Positions 19,852 to 30,024 of a DNA stretch of 64,000 bases are shown in pieces (the stretch's first letter is position 1; every line of letters starts with the position of its first letter). The stretch spans positions 384,001 to 448,000 of the forward strand of contig CAVRUC010000013.1 in the NCBI GenBank assembly GCA_963724295.1, in the 5' to 3' direction. The notes under the pieces are model-generated. The model saw only the letters and a program-made list of their open reading frames with translations. It was not told where the DNA came from and did not search any database. This DNA is from an uncultured Chloroflexia bacterium (GTDB taxonomy: Bacteria; Chloroflexota; Chloroflexia; Thermomicrobiales; UBA6265). The position numbers and the translations under genes are program-made.

Positions 19852-21711
19852 ATGTCAATACTCCGTGCTGGAACGAACGCTTACGCCGGCTCTTCCGGAG
19901 TGGTCCGCGTGACCTCGTCCCGGAAGCGTTCCCCTGCTCGACAGCCGCTCGAACCCGGAAAAACCGGGCCGGAGGGGCTGGCACCTGTGCCTGAGCCCAG
20001 CCGCGCCGGGGAGGATGTCCGGCGCCGTGGTTGGTTCTGGCACTGGAACGCCCTGGTTACCCAGTACGCTCCCCTGATCGGCTTGAAGGGCGTGGGGTTG
20101 CTCAACTCCTACACGGTCTGGACCGACCGCCGGGAAGAATCTCCCCATCGCGGCTACGCCTTCCCGTCCCAGCAGAGCGAGGCCGATTTCTATGGCGAAG
20201 ACCGCGCCGAGCTGATTACCATCAACAAGATCCTGGTCGCGCTCGACCTGATCGAGATCCGCAAGGAGATGGTGGTCCGCGCCGATCCCCAGGGCCGGCG
20301 CTGGAAGGTGCCGCACAACTTCTACCGGGTGAAGGACCACGGCGACGACTTCTCCCTCGGCCCTGATGACGTCCTGCGCGTCGCCGAGCTGGCCGCCCGT
20401 GACCGTGCGGTCTACCGCTACGTGCGCCGCGTCTTCTCGCCACGCTTCTCACCCATCGACGGCGACAATGTCTGGGGACGGATCTTGCCGGAGGTGCGCC
20501 TCACCCCGGTCTGGCAGGGACTGGCCGCCAGGACCGCCGCTGAAGAGGGCCGGGCCTCGGCGCGCACCCGGGCCGGACACGCCGCGCGGAAGGACGCCTC
20601 GACCGAGACAGATCCCTCCCTCGAGCCCGACGCCACGCCGCCATTTTTTGCGCCCGCTATCGGTGACGGAACGGCAATCACGGCTGGTGACAATGACAGT
20701 GCGAGTGTCACTAGTCTCTCTGAAGGAGAAACCTCTGTTGTACTGAGCAACACTGGTTCTGGGGTGGATGTTGGCGGGACCAACAGAGGTTCACCCCGAA
20801 AGCAGCCAAGCAGCGTTGCTCCCATCAACGAAGCCGGGCAAACCGATGTTGCACCGAGCAACACGACGTATCACCAATTTTCAACAACAACGAAGGACGT
20901 CACTGACGAGTTCAAAGAGCGAAGACCAGTCGCCGGAAACGACGGTTCGCCAACCGTTGCGAAGTTGACTTCGACAGGAACCGGACGGTCCGGCGGACCC
21001 GGGGAACGGCCGCCGGCGGACGGACCAGGCGAGGGCGCGGCGTTGCGCGCCTTCGAGAGCGCCAACGACCGCGCCGCCACCCCGGCCGAGCGCAAGCTCC
21101 TGCGCGATCTTGCCGCTCGCTTCGAACCGGTGGCCGCCGCCGCGCACCAGGAGCGGGACGACGTCGCGGGCTCCGGCTGGGGCTGGTTGGAGGCTGCCGT
21201 CTGGGATGCCGTCGAGGCGGGCAGCGCGTTCGTGGCGCCGCGCCGGGTACGGGAGATCCTGCTGCGCTGGGAGCGGGATGGGTTTCCCCAGCCGCGCGAT
21301 CCCGGACCGCCGTGGCCGGACCCACCACACGGCCCGCCGGTGCGGCGAGCGCCACGAGAGGACGTCGCTCCGCCGCCAGCGCCGGCGCCACTCTTCACCA
21401 TCGAGGAGGTCGGGCTCTCCAACCGGCAGGTCTGGGCGGCGACCCTGGCCGAGCTGGTGCGGCGGGGCGACGTCAGCCGGGCCGATGTCGAGACCTGGCT
21501 GCGGCCCGCCGGGCTGATTGGACGGGACGGCGCGACCCTGCTCGTCGGCGCTCCGAACGCCGTCGCCCGCGACCGCATCGTCTCCCGTCTGCTGCCCGCC
21601 CTGCGAGAGGCGCTGGCCGCGACGATCGGCCTCGCCGTGTCGGTTGAGGTGGTGGTGGAGACGAGGGTGGAGGAGTCGGGAAGTGGAGGAGCCGAGAGGC
21701 CAAGTGCGTAA
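19852..21711 (+). CDS. Replication-protein-like multidomain protein (N-terminal wHTH-like, DnaD/DnaB_2-like, C-terminal DnaA_N-like)
   Basis: AFPSQ..L....LI in the N-terminal part; FE..R..TPAE..L..W.EAAV..AV..G..V..IL.RW..G; VW...L..L...S..TWL.P......L.VGAPN. Start uncertain. Confidence 0.65.
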   Translation: MSILRAGTNAYAGSSGVVRVTSSRKRSPARQPLEPGKTGPEGLAPVPEPSRAGEDVRRRGWFWHWNALVTQYAPLIGLKGVGLLNSYTVWTDRREESPHRGYAFPSQQSEADFYGEDRAELITINKILVALDLIEIRKEMVVRADPQGRRWKVPHNFYRVKDHGDDFSLGPDDVLRVAELAARDRAVYRYVRRVFSPRFSPIDGDNVWGRILPEVRLTPVWQGLAARTAAEEGRASARTRAGHAARKDASTETDPSLEPDATPPFFAPAIGDGTAITAGDNDSASVTSLSEGETSVVLSNTGSGVDVGGTNRGSPRKQPSSVAPINEAGQTDVAPSNTTYHQFSTTTKDVTDEFKERRPVAGNDGSPTVAKLTSTGTGRSGGPGERPPADGPGEGAALRAFESANDRAATPAERKLLRDLAARFEPVAAAAHQERDDVAGSGWGWLEAAVWDAVEAGSAFVAPRRVREILLRWERDGFPQPRDPGPPWPDPPHGPPVRRAPREDVAPPPAPAPLFTIEEVGLSNRQVWAATLAELVRRGDVSRADVETWLRPAGLIGRDGATLLVGAPNAVARDRIVSRLLPALREALAATIGLAVSVEVVVETRVEESGSGGAERPSA

Positions 21712-21880
21712 ACTGCAAGCGGACGCTGCTGATGGAGCTGGGCCGCGGCAGCAGCTGGACCTGCTGGCGCCCTGATCTATGTCAGATTCCTTGCTCTTGC
21801 GGCAGTGTGACGAACGCGGGAGCTGACTATGGTACGGCGCTATCATCCCCGGCGCAGACGCGTCCACCAGCAGGGCTGCC

Positions 21881-24209
21881 ATGACCGACTCACTTCCATC
21901 CAGCCGCGCCTCCCAGCTACGGCTATCCCGCACCCCGCTGATCGGACGGGAGCGAGAGCTGGCGATGGTCCGCGGGCTGCTGCTTCGTGACGACGTTCCC
22001 CTTCTCACGCTGACCGGTCCAGGTGGCGTCGGCAAGACCCGGCTCGCCGTGCGCGTAGCCTCGGATCTGGAGGCCACGTTCCCCGACGGGGTGGTTTTCG
22101 TCGATCTTGCGCCAATTACGGACCCCGACTTGCTCGCCTCTGCCATCGCGCGGACCTTGGGCGTGCGGGAGGTTGGGGATGAGTCGATGGCCGAGCGACT
22201 CACGGCATTCTTAGGTAACAAGCGCCTCTTGCTGGTCCTCGACAACTTCGAGCAGGTCGTCGAAGCGGCGCCGCTCGTCGCGGACCTACTGGCGAGTTCC
22301 CCCACGCTGACGGTGCTCGTCACGAGCCGAGTGCGGCTACGCCTCTCTGATGAACGCGAGATCCCGGTCCTGCCATTGGCACTGCCTGAGACCGAGACTC
22401 AAGCACCAATGGATGCTCTTGCCGCATCGCCAGCAGTGCGCCTCTTCGTCGCGCGGGCTCAGGCTGTTAAACCTGACTTCGCGGTAACTGATCAGACGGT
22501 GGAGGAGGTCGCCGCCATCTGTCGCCGGCTGGACGGACTGCCGCTGGCCATCGAGCTCGCCGCGGCCCGGGTCAAGATCCTCTCCCCATCGGCGCTGCTG
22601 GCCAGACTCGACCACCGGCTGCCACTGCTGACCGGGGGTGGCCGCGACTTGCCGGCTCGACAGCAAACGATGCGCGACGCCATCGCCTGGTCCTACGACC
22701 TGCTGACACCGGAGGAGCAGACGTTCTTTCGTCGACTCGCCGTCTTCGTCGGCGGATTCACGCTGGAGGCGGCCGGAATAGTCGCCGGCAGGAGTGACGA
22801 CCTCGGATTCCACACCCTGGACGGCGTGGCGTCGCTGGTGGAGCAGAGCTTGCTGCGAGAAGAGGACGGAGGGAGCAACGAGCCACGCTTCCTGATGCTG
22901 GAGACGGTTCGGGAATTCGGCCTGGAGCAATTGGCAGCGGCCGGCGAGGAAGCGACGACGCGAGACCGCCACGCGGCGTGGTGCCTGGCAGTCGCCGGCG
23001 AGGCGCCGGACTCTATGAGCCCGATTGTCCACCCCGGCACCCTTGACCGGTTGGAGGCCGAGCACCCCAACCTGCGATCCGCCCTCGCCTGGCTGGATCA
23101 GACCGGACGGCTGGGCCAGGTGCTCCCGTTGGCCGACCAACTCTGCTGGTTCTGGGATCTGGCTGGGCACTACCGGGAGGGCCTGTCCTGGCTGGAGCGG
23201 GCACTGGCCGTCAGCGACGAGGACACACCGGCCCGCGCTCGTTGCGAGGCGTTGTGCAGGGTGGGACACCTGGCCCAGACGCTCGACGAGCCTCGGGCGG
23301 CGAGCTATCTGGAGCAGGCACTGGCGCTCGCCCGAACCATTGGTTATGAGGACTATGAGGCAGAGGCCTCGGTGCACCTGGGCATCATGGCTGAGGATGG
23401 AGGGGACTACGCGGCGGCCGAAGAGCACCTGGCCACCGTGCCGACGACTGAACGAACAGGTGGGCAACACCTGGCGACGACTCCTGGCCGACTACCATCT
23501 GGGCGTCGTCGCCTACGGCCGGGGAGACCTGCCGCGGGCAACGGCCCTGCTCGAGGGGGCACTCGCGGCCGCACGAGCACACGACAATTCGCTCGTTCCC
23601 GCCTGGAGCCTTGAATACCTGGCGCTCGTCGCCTGCGCGCGGAATGAGCCGGGCCGTGCCGCCGAGCTGCTCTGTCAGGCTCTCCCGCCAGATCCGACAA
23701 GCGGGTTGAGACACCAGCACTGGGGTACCCTGGCGGCGGTGGCCGTGCTGGCGAGCCTCATCGGCGAGGCGGAGTCCGCCGCCCGGCTGTCTGGCGCGGC
23801 CGCGACCTTAGCCCACGGCAGGGCACGCGCCCTGCCCGAGGCCATCGCCTACGAGCAGGCCGCGGCAGCGGCTCGACAGCGCATCGGCGACCATGCTTTC
23901 GAGAAGGCATGGGAGGCCGGACAGCGCATGCGAGCAGAAGAGGTCAAATCTGAGGTGAACCGGGTGCTCATCGCCGCCGAGGGTGAGAGATCGCGGACGA
24001 CCTCAGACCGCAACAGCTCACAACTGACGCCCCGCGAACAGGAGGTTCTTCAGCTCCTGGTAGAGGGACGCTCCAACCCCGAAATTGCCGCCGCGCTGTT
24101 CGTCAGCCCCCGCACCGCCGAGACTCACGTCACGCACATCCTCTCCAAGCTCGGTGTCACCACCCGTGCCGAGGCCGCCGCCCACGCCGTGCGGGTCGGG
24201 TTGGCGTAG
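21881..24209 (+). CDS. ATPase/TPR/LuxR-HTH transcriptional regulator, frameshift near 23440
   Basis: [30 protein letters not shown]-terminal [22 protein letters not shown] lies in the second frame. Confidence 0.88.
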
Positions 24210-24402
24210 TCCGCGGCCCCCACGCCTACGTACCCGTACGACCCCCCGTAGTCCACGTCCGCCGAGAAACGAGACCGCGAAATCCGGGAATCACCGGATG
24301 TCGAGCGCCCAGCCGCGGCGCATGCTGGAACCGTGCCCCGAACAGTGGGGCACGGCCCGGCCGAATCAAGGCCGCCTGATGCGGCACGGGAAGGATGACG
24401 CA

Positions 24403-24642
24403 ATGACCCCTAACGTTACTGTCGGGTACATGGCCGAGCAGATCAACCGGGGGCGGCTCGATAGCGTTGCGGCACGCGGCTGGCTGGTCGACGAGGCGGC
24501 GGCGACGCGCTCCCGCGCCACGCGACCTGCCCCGGTGCTGGTCATTCTTGGCGCAGCGCTCGTCCGTCTCGGTGAGTGGATCCAGGGAACAGCGCGGCAT
24601 GCCGGCACCTGGGCCGATCCGGCCGCACTCCCCGGACGGTAA
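24403..24642 (+). CDS. Small hypothetical protein
   Basis: RBS-like AAGGA; C-terminal LGAALVRLGEWIQG motif shared with the next ORF. Confidence 0.6.
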   Translation: MTPNVTVGYMAEQINRGRLDSVAARGWLVDEAAATRSRATRPAPVLVILGAALVRLGEWIQGTARHAGTWADPAALPGR

Positions 24643-24695
24643 CCAGCCAGGCTGACATCGAGGATGGTGGCATTTCACGCGCAGAGGAGGAAGCC

Positions 24696-24962
24696 ATGCA
24701 TCACCAGTTCGGGTCAATCGTCTTGGCCGATACCTATCGCCGGGAATTATTGAGAGATGCCGCGCGGGTCCGGCCCCTCCATGCCATCAACTCGCCAGAG
24801 GGCTTCGTCACAGGTGTGCGTGCGGCGTCAGTCGTCACCCGAGCCGCGTCGATCTTGCTGCGACGACGGCTTGGCGCGCTCCTCGTACGTGTTGGCCAGT
24901 TCCTCCAGGGTGTGCAGCCGGGCGCGAGGGAAATTCCGGCCCAACTCCGTCCGGCGAGGTGA
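24696..24962 (+). CDS. Small hypothetical protein
   Basis: RBS GGAGG; RRELLRDA and RRRLGALLVRVGQFLQG. Confidence 0.65.
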   Translation: MHHQFGSIVLADTYRRELLRDAARVRPLHAINSPEGFVTGVRAASVVTRAASILLRRRLGALLVRVGQFLQGVQPGAREIPAQLRPAR

Positions 24963-25042
24963 GCGCGATCGCTTGACGCGAGCTGGCAGCAACCCGCACA
25001 AGGTGCTGTCGGGCGGGACTCGCCGCTTCGCGGTTGAGCGAT

Positions 25043-26395
25043 TCACTTCTCGGGTCTGGAGGCGGGGCAACCATGTCCGGCTGCCTGCGCAGGTCTTGCA
25101 ACAAGCGCTAAGCGTGCATCTGTCTTCTCGACTTCTCGGCCTCTCGACTCAGCCGCTCCCTGGCTCCAGATGACCATCGCGGCGACGGCGAGAAGCAGGG
25201 TGCCGGATACGATGAAGGTGGCGCGGAAGCCGAGACTCGTGGCCAGGAACGCGCCTGCGAGCGGCCCGATAAAGCCGCCCACCGCGGAGATAGCCGCGCT
25301 CAGACCGAAGATTGCTCCACGTCGTTCAGCCGGCGTCAGGTGCGCGATGAGCGCGTTGGCTGAAGGGATGAGACCACCGGCGGCGACACCCATCAGCGCT
25401 TGCAGCAGCGCCAGCTGCCAGGGGTCGCGCACAAACGCCATCGGCAGGTAGACCAGACCCGCCGCCAGCAGGCTGATCGCCAGCACGCGGCGGTGGCCGG
25501 TGCGGTCCCCCAGCCGGCCCAGGTAGGCCGCGGCGAACGCGCTGGTGAAGCCCGCGGAGCCGAGGACGACCCCGGCCACGGTGGCGACATTCGGATCGTC
25601 AGGAGCCAATTGCTGGACGAAGAGCGGGATGATCGGCTGCATGGCCATCGCGATCGTGCGGACGACGAAGATCGCCGCGAGCATGGTCAGCATGGCGGCG
25701 GAGAAAAGAAAGGCGCCGGAGGTCCGGAACCGTCGCCAGCGACTCTGTCCCTCGTCCATCATGGCGTGTGCCGCCACGCGGGTGAACCGCTCGCGCGCCA
25801 GGAAGGCGACGGTGACGCCGCCGCAGAAGAGCATCATTCCGGCCAGGACGAAGGTGGCGCGCGGGCCGATGCGGTCGTATGCGAAGCCGCCGAAGAGGGG
25901 ACCGGCCGCGGCTCCGGCGAAGACGGCCGTCTGTACCATGCCGAGGGCATAGCCGAGACGCCGCTTCGGGGCGCTGGTGGCGATGAGGGCCGTCGCCGCG
26001 GCGACGGTTCCGGTCAGCATCCCCTCCAGCACCCGCAACGCCAGCAGCTGCCCGGGCGTGCTGGCGAAGCCCATCATCACGACGACGACCGCGCCACCGA
26101 AGAGCCCGCGCAGCAGCATCGGCTTGCGGCCATAGCGATCGGCGAGCAACCCCCAGATGGGTGCGGTAATGGCCATGGCCGCGGCGCCGGCGGCATTGAT
26201 GGCGCCCGACCAGAGTGTCTGGCCGGCGACATCACGAACGCCGAGGTCACCGAGATAGAAGGGGAGGAACGGAACCCGCGAGGAAAAACCGATCAGGGCC
26301 AGCAGCTGCCCTGCCCAGACCGCGTAGAGGGTGACATTCCAGCCGGGCTGTCCTCCATCGGGATCACCATACTCACGACCGGAGTCGGACATCAT
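25043..26395 (-). CDS. MFS transporter (DHA1/MdtG-like)
   Basis: PFLPFY, WGLLADRYGRKPML, GRLGDRTGHR; about 12 hydrophobic segments. Confidence 0.92.
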   Translation of the reverse strand: MMSDSGREYGDPDGGQPGWNVTLYAVWAGQLLALIGFSSRVPFLPFYLGDLGVRDVAGQTLWSGAINAAGAAAMAITAPIWGLLADRYGRKPMLLRGLFGGAVVVVMMGFASTPGQLLALRVLEGMLTGTVAAATALIATSAPKRRLGYALGMVQTAVFAGAAAGPLFGGFAYDRIGPRATFVLAGMMLFCGGVTVAFLARERFTRVAAHAMMDEGQSRWRRFRTSGAFLFSAAMLTMLAAIFVVRTIAMAMQPIIPLFVQQLAPDDPNVATVAGVVLGSAGFTSAFAAAYLGRLGDRTGHRRVLAISLLAAGLVYLPMAFVRDPWQLALLQALMGVAAGGLIPSANALIAHLTPAERRGAIFGLSAAISAVGGFIGPLAGAFLATSLGFRATFIVSGTLLLAVAAMVIWSQGAAESRGREVEKTDARLALVARPAQAAGHGCPASRPEK

Positions 26396-26484
26396 GGCTG
26401 TCGAGTGTAGCCCCGATGACCCAGGTCAGGAACGCCCTCTACACTTCGTCGCATCATGATGCGCCATTGCCAGGGGTATGAGCG

Positions 26485-28112
26485 ATGAGATTGTGGGCCG
26501 GATGGCGGCGGAGTTGGACAAGCGGAAGCTGGGCGAAACGCGCGGCCGTCCTCGTGCTGAGCGGGATGCTCTTGCCCGTGCACGTGCACTTGCAGCTGCC
26601 CTGGCACGCCGCCTATCCAGCACGCGTTGTCGCTCGCGAAACAGCCACCGTCCCTGGTGTCGTCGATCCTTTCGCCGACGTCGTGCCCGAGGCGCTGGTC
26701 CCGGCCGAGCAGGCGGCGGACGAGCTCAGCGCCATCCGCATGGACGTTGCCCTTGACCCCGCTTTGGGCACGATCGGTGGTGAGATGAGCGTCACCTGGC
26801 GCAACCCGGCCTCCGAGCCACTGAGCGACGTCTGGTTCCGTCTCTTTCCCAACGCTTTCTACTATGGAGAAGGCGGCCTGCAGGTGACGGATGTCACCGT
26901 CGATGACGCGCCGGTCAGCCCCGAGCTGGCGCTCGACGATACCGCGCTGCGCGTGCCCTTGCCGGGCCCGGTCGATCCTGGAGAGAGCGCTGAGATTGCG
27001 CTGACCTTTACCTCGACCGTTCCCGCCGATTCGACCGGCTCCTACGGCATCTTCAACCGGGACACCCGCAACGGGTCCTGGGTGCTGGCTGACTGGTACC
27101 CGATCCTGGCGGTGTGGGAAGAGGGGGACGGCTGGGCGCTGCCGGAGGCGACCGCCTTTGGCGATCCTACCTACGCGCCGAGCGCCTTCTATGACGTGCG
27201 GGTGACGGCCGCAGACGATCTCGAGGTCGTGGCCACCGGCGTGCTGGCAACCGAGACGAACGAGAACGGCGCCGTCACCCGGCACTTCGTCGCCGGACCG
27301 GCCCGTGACTTCGTCCTGGTCGCCGACGATGACTACGCGCCGCTCAGCCAGGAGGTCGATGACACGCTGCTGACGCTCTGGACGGCGCCCAGCCTCGACC
27401 CCGCCATCGCCGAGCAAACACTCGCAGCCGCCGCCGATGCGCTGCGGTTTTACAACCAGCGGTTCGGCCCGTACCCGGCGCGGGAGGTCGATCTCGTCCA
27501 GATCGACCCTCCGGCGCGCTCGGCATCGCCTGGGCCGGACTCCTCTTCCTCGACGGTCCGGCGCTGCTCAACACCTACGGCGAGCACGACCCGGAAGGAC
27601 TCGCGACGGTGGTCGCGCATGAGGTGGCCCATCTCTGGTGGGGCATCCTGGTCGGAGGTGATTCGAACAAGCACGCCTACATCCAGGAGAGCCTGGCGAC
27701 CGTCTCCTCGCTTCTCTATCTGAAGGAGACGCTCGGGCCGGAGATCGCCGCGGCGGAGCTCGACGCCTGGGTGACCGGTCCCGCCTTCGAGCTCCTGGCG
27801 GCGGGCGACGCCGTCGTCGACACCCCGGTGGCCGCGGGGGACGACCCGGCGATCTGGTCCGACGCGGCCTACGGCAAGGGATCCCTCGGCTTTCTGGCCA
27901 TCCGCGAGGAGATCGGCGCCGCCGCGTTCGAGGCGGCGTTGCACGACCTCTTCACCCGCTACGCCTGGGGCGAGATGACCCCGGAGGACCTGCGCTCGGC
28001 CTTCGAGCGGGCATCGGGCAGGGATCTCGACGCCCTGTGGAGCCACTGGTTCGATGAGGCAGCCATGACGCAGGAGGAGATCGAGGAGATCGCCACGGCG
28101 TTTGCGGAATAG
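26485..28112 (+). CDS. M1-family zinc metallopeptidase, frameshift near 27510
   Basis: N-terminal beta domain (WYP, GPARDF); VAHEVAHLWW..E and YGKG in the second frame. Confidence 0.85.
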
Positions 28113-28178
28113 GCCGCTGATCCGCGACCGGGTTGGACGGCAGGGTTCCACGGGCCGCTTGTGATGCGAGGTCGCTGA

Positions 28179-28319
28179 CCGCGCAGGATGGCCATTCTGC
28201 TCATTGGTGGAGACAAGACGAACCGCTGGCAGGCATGGTATCGAGAGTTCATCCCTGTTGCTGACCGGCTTTACGACGAGCATCTGGAGACGCTAGAAAC
28301 TGAAGGACTGTTGCCATGA
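28179..28319 (+). pseudogene. C-terminal remnant of a RelE/HigB-like toxin
   Basis: PRRMAILLIGGDKTNRWQAWYREFIPVADRLYDEHL...; in-frame TGA immediately upstream; stop overlaps the antitoxin ATG (ATGA). Confidence 0.75.
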
Positions 28320-28633
28320 CCCGGACACGACCATTTGCTGAACTCGCGGCGGAGGCTAAGGCCGATCCGATCCGGCGAGCGCGGATAGCGACGTACAAGC
28401 GAGCGATGCTGGACGCGCTCGCGTTGGCGGAACTTCGCGGGCAACGAGGCATCACGCAGCGGGACGTGGCTGGTAAGCTCGGCGTGACGCAGGCGAACAT
28501 TTCGCGCATTGAGCACGAAGAAGATCTCTACCTTTCCACGTTACGTAGCTATGTCGCGGCACTCGGTGGAGAGCTGGAAGTGAACGCCGTGTTTCCCGAC
28601 GGCAAAGTCGCTCTCGTTCCGGCCGAGGGGTAG
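28316..28633 (+). CDS. XRE-family HTH antitoxin (HigA-like)
   Basis: LAELR..GITQ.DVA..LGVTQANISRIE..DLYLSTLRSYVAALGGEL. Confidence 0.9.
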   Translation: MTRTRPFAELAAEAKADPIRRARIATYKRAMLDALALAELRGQRGITQRDVAGKLGVTQANISRIEHEEDLYLSTLRSYVAALGGELEVNAVFPDGKVALVPAEG

Positions 28634-28758
28634 CGATCTCGCCTCAACGGCGCTCGCCTGGCGTCGCGGCGGGCATCATGACATCGTTCTTGCTGGCGCC
28701 GGCGGTGCAGCGACGGCTGGTTGGGAGTCCGGCGTACCCACAATAAGGAGGGAGCGAC

Positions 28759-29955
28759 ATGAGTGACGCGCATCGGCTGACCCGGCGTTCGGCGCTGCTC
28801 GGCGCCGGTGTGGCCGCGGCTGGTCTGCTCGGTGGCCCGAGCAGAGCTACTGCCTCCCAGGCGACACCGCAAGCGACCGCTATCTCGCGGGTGCCGCTGT
28901 GGCAGACGGCATGGCAGCGCGGCATCGTCTTCGGCACGTCGGCGGCGACCTGGCAATTGGAAGACCCGGACTACGCTCAGCTCGTCGAGCACGAGGCGGC
29001 GATCCTCTTCACCGAGGACGACCTGCTCTGGTGGCGACTGCGGCCGACACCGGAGTCGGAGCTGGACTTTCAGTACGCCGACCAGTTCATGGCCTTCGCG
29101 GAGCGGAATCAGCAACTGGTTCTGGGCGCTCATCTGGTCTGGGACGAAGGGTTCGGGGAGGATTGGACGGAGGACGACCTGTGGGGACTGGACGAGGAGT
29201 CCGCACGGCGTCTCCTCTTCGACACGGTCGAGCAGGTGGTGGGGCGATATCGCGGCCGGGTGGCCGGCTGGATCGTCGTCAACGAGGCCATCGACGCCCA
29301 TGAGGAGGATGGACTGCGCCGGGACTATCCCTGGTACGAGACCATCGGTCCCTCCTACATCGAAGAGTCCTTCCACATCGCCCACGACGCAGATCCCGAC
29401 GCGACCCTGCTGCTCAACGAGTTTGGATTCGAGACCGACGATGAGTTCGACAGTGCCGCCGACAAGCGGGCCAAGGCGCTGCTGGTACTCGACCAGTTGC
29501 TCGACGCCGGCGCTCCGGTGCATGCGCTCGGCGTGCAGGGGCACCTCGAGGCGGATGGCTTCGCCGAGAAGTTCGACGCGGCGGGGTACCAGCAATTCCT
29601 CTCCGAGGTGGCGGATCGGGGCCTGCAGATCCTGATTACCGAATTGGACGTCCTCGACGACGGTCTACCCGCCGATAGCGCCGAGCGAGACGTCGCGATT
29701 GCCGACGCCTACCGGCTCTACCTCGATACGGCCCTTGCCGAACCAGCCGTCGCCGCTGTCATCACGTTTGGGCTTTCCGATCGCTACACCTGGCTCCAGG
29801 AGGACTACCCGCGGGAGGACGAAGAGCCGCGCCGGCCGCTGCCCTTCGACGAGGAGCTGCAACCCAAGCCCGCCTACGACGCCCTGGCCGGCGCCCTTGA
29901 AGAGGCGGTCGACCGCGATCCCCTGTGGCAGGTGCAAAAAGCTTCGAGCACTTGA
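28759..29955 (+). CDS. Tat-exported glycoside hydrolase family 10 (endo-1,4-beta-xylanase-like)
   Basis: LTRRSAL signal; HLVW, WIVVNE (acid/base), GVQGH, ITELD (nucleophile). Confidence 0.9.
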   Translation: MSDAHRLTRRSALLGAGVAAAGLLGGPSRATASQATPQATAISRVPLWQTAWQRGIVFGTSAATWQLEDPDYAQLVEHEAAILFTEDDLLWWRLRPTPESELDFQYADQFMAFAERNQQLVLGAHLVWDEGFGEDWTEDDLWGLDEESARRLLFDTVEQVVGRYRGRVAGWIVVNEAIDAHEEDGLRRDYPWYETIGPSYIEESFHIAHDADPDATLLLNEFGFETDDEFDSAADKRAKALLVLDQLLDAGAPVHALGVQGHLEADGFAEKFDAAGYQQFLSEVADRGLQILITELDVLDDGLPADSAERDVAIADAYRLYLDTALAEPAVAAVITFGLSDRYTWLQEDYPREDEEPRRPLPFDEELQPKPAYDALAGALEEAVDRDPLWQVQKASST

Positions 29956-30024
29956 CCCACTGTCGTATGATCGCCACGTCACCGAAAATTCATCGCAGAG
30001 CGAAGAAGCGAGGAGGAGCACGAC

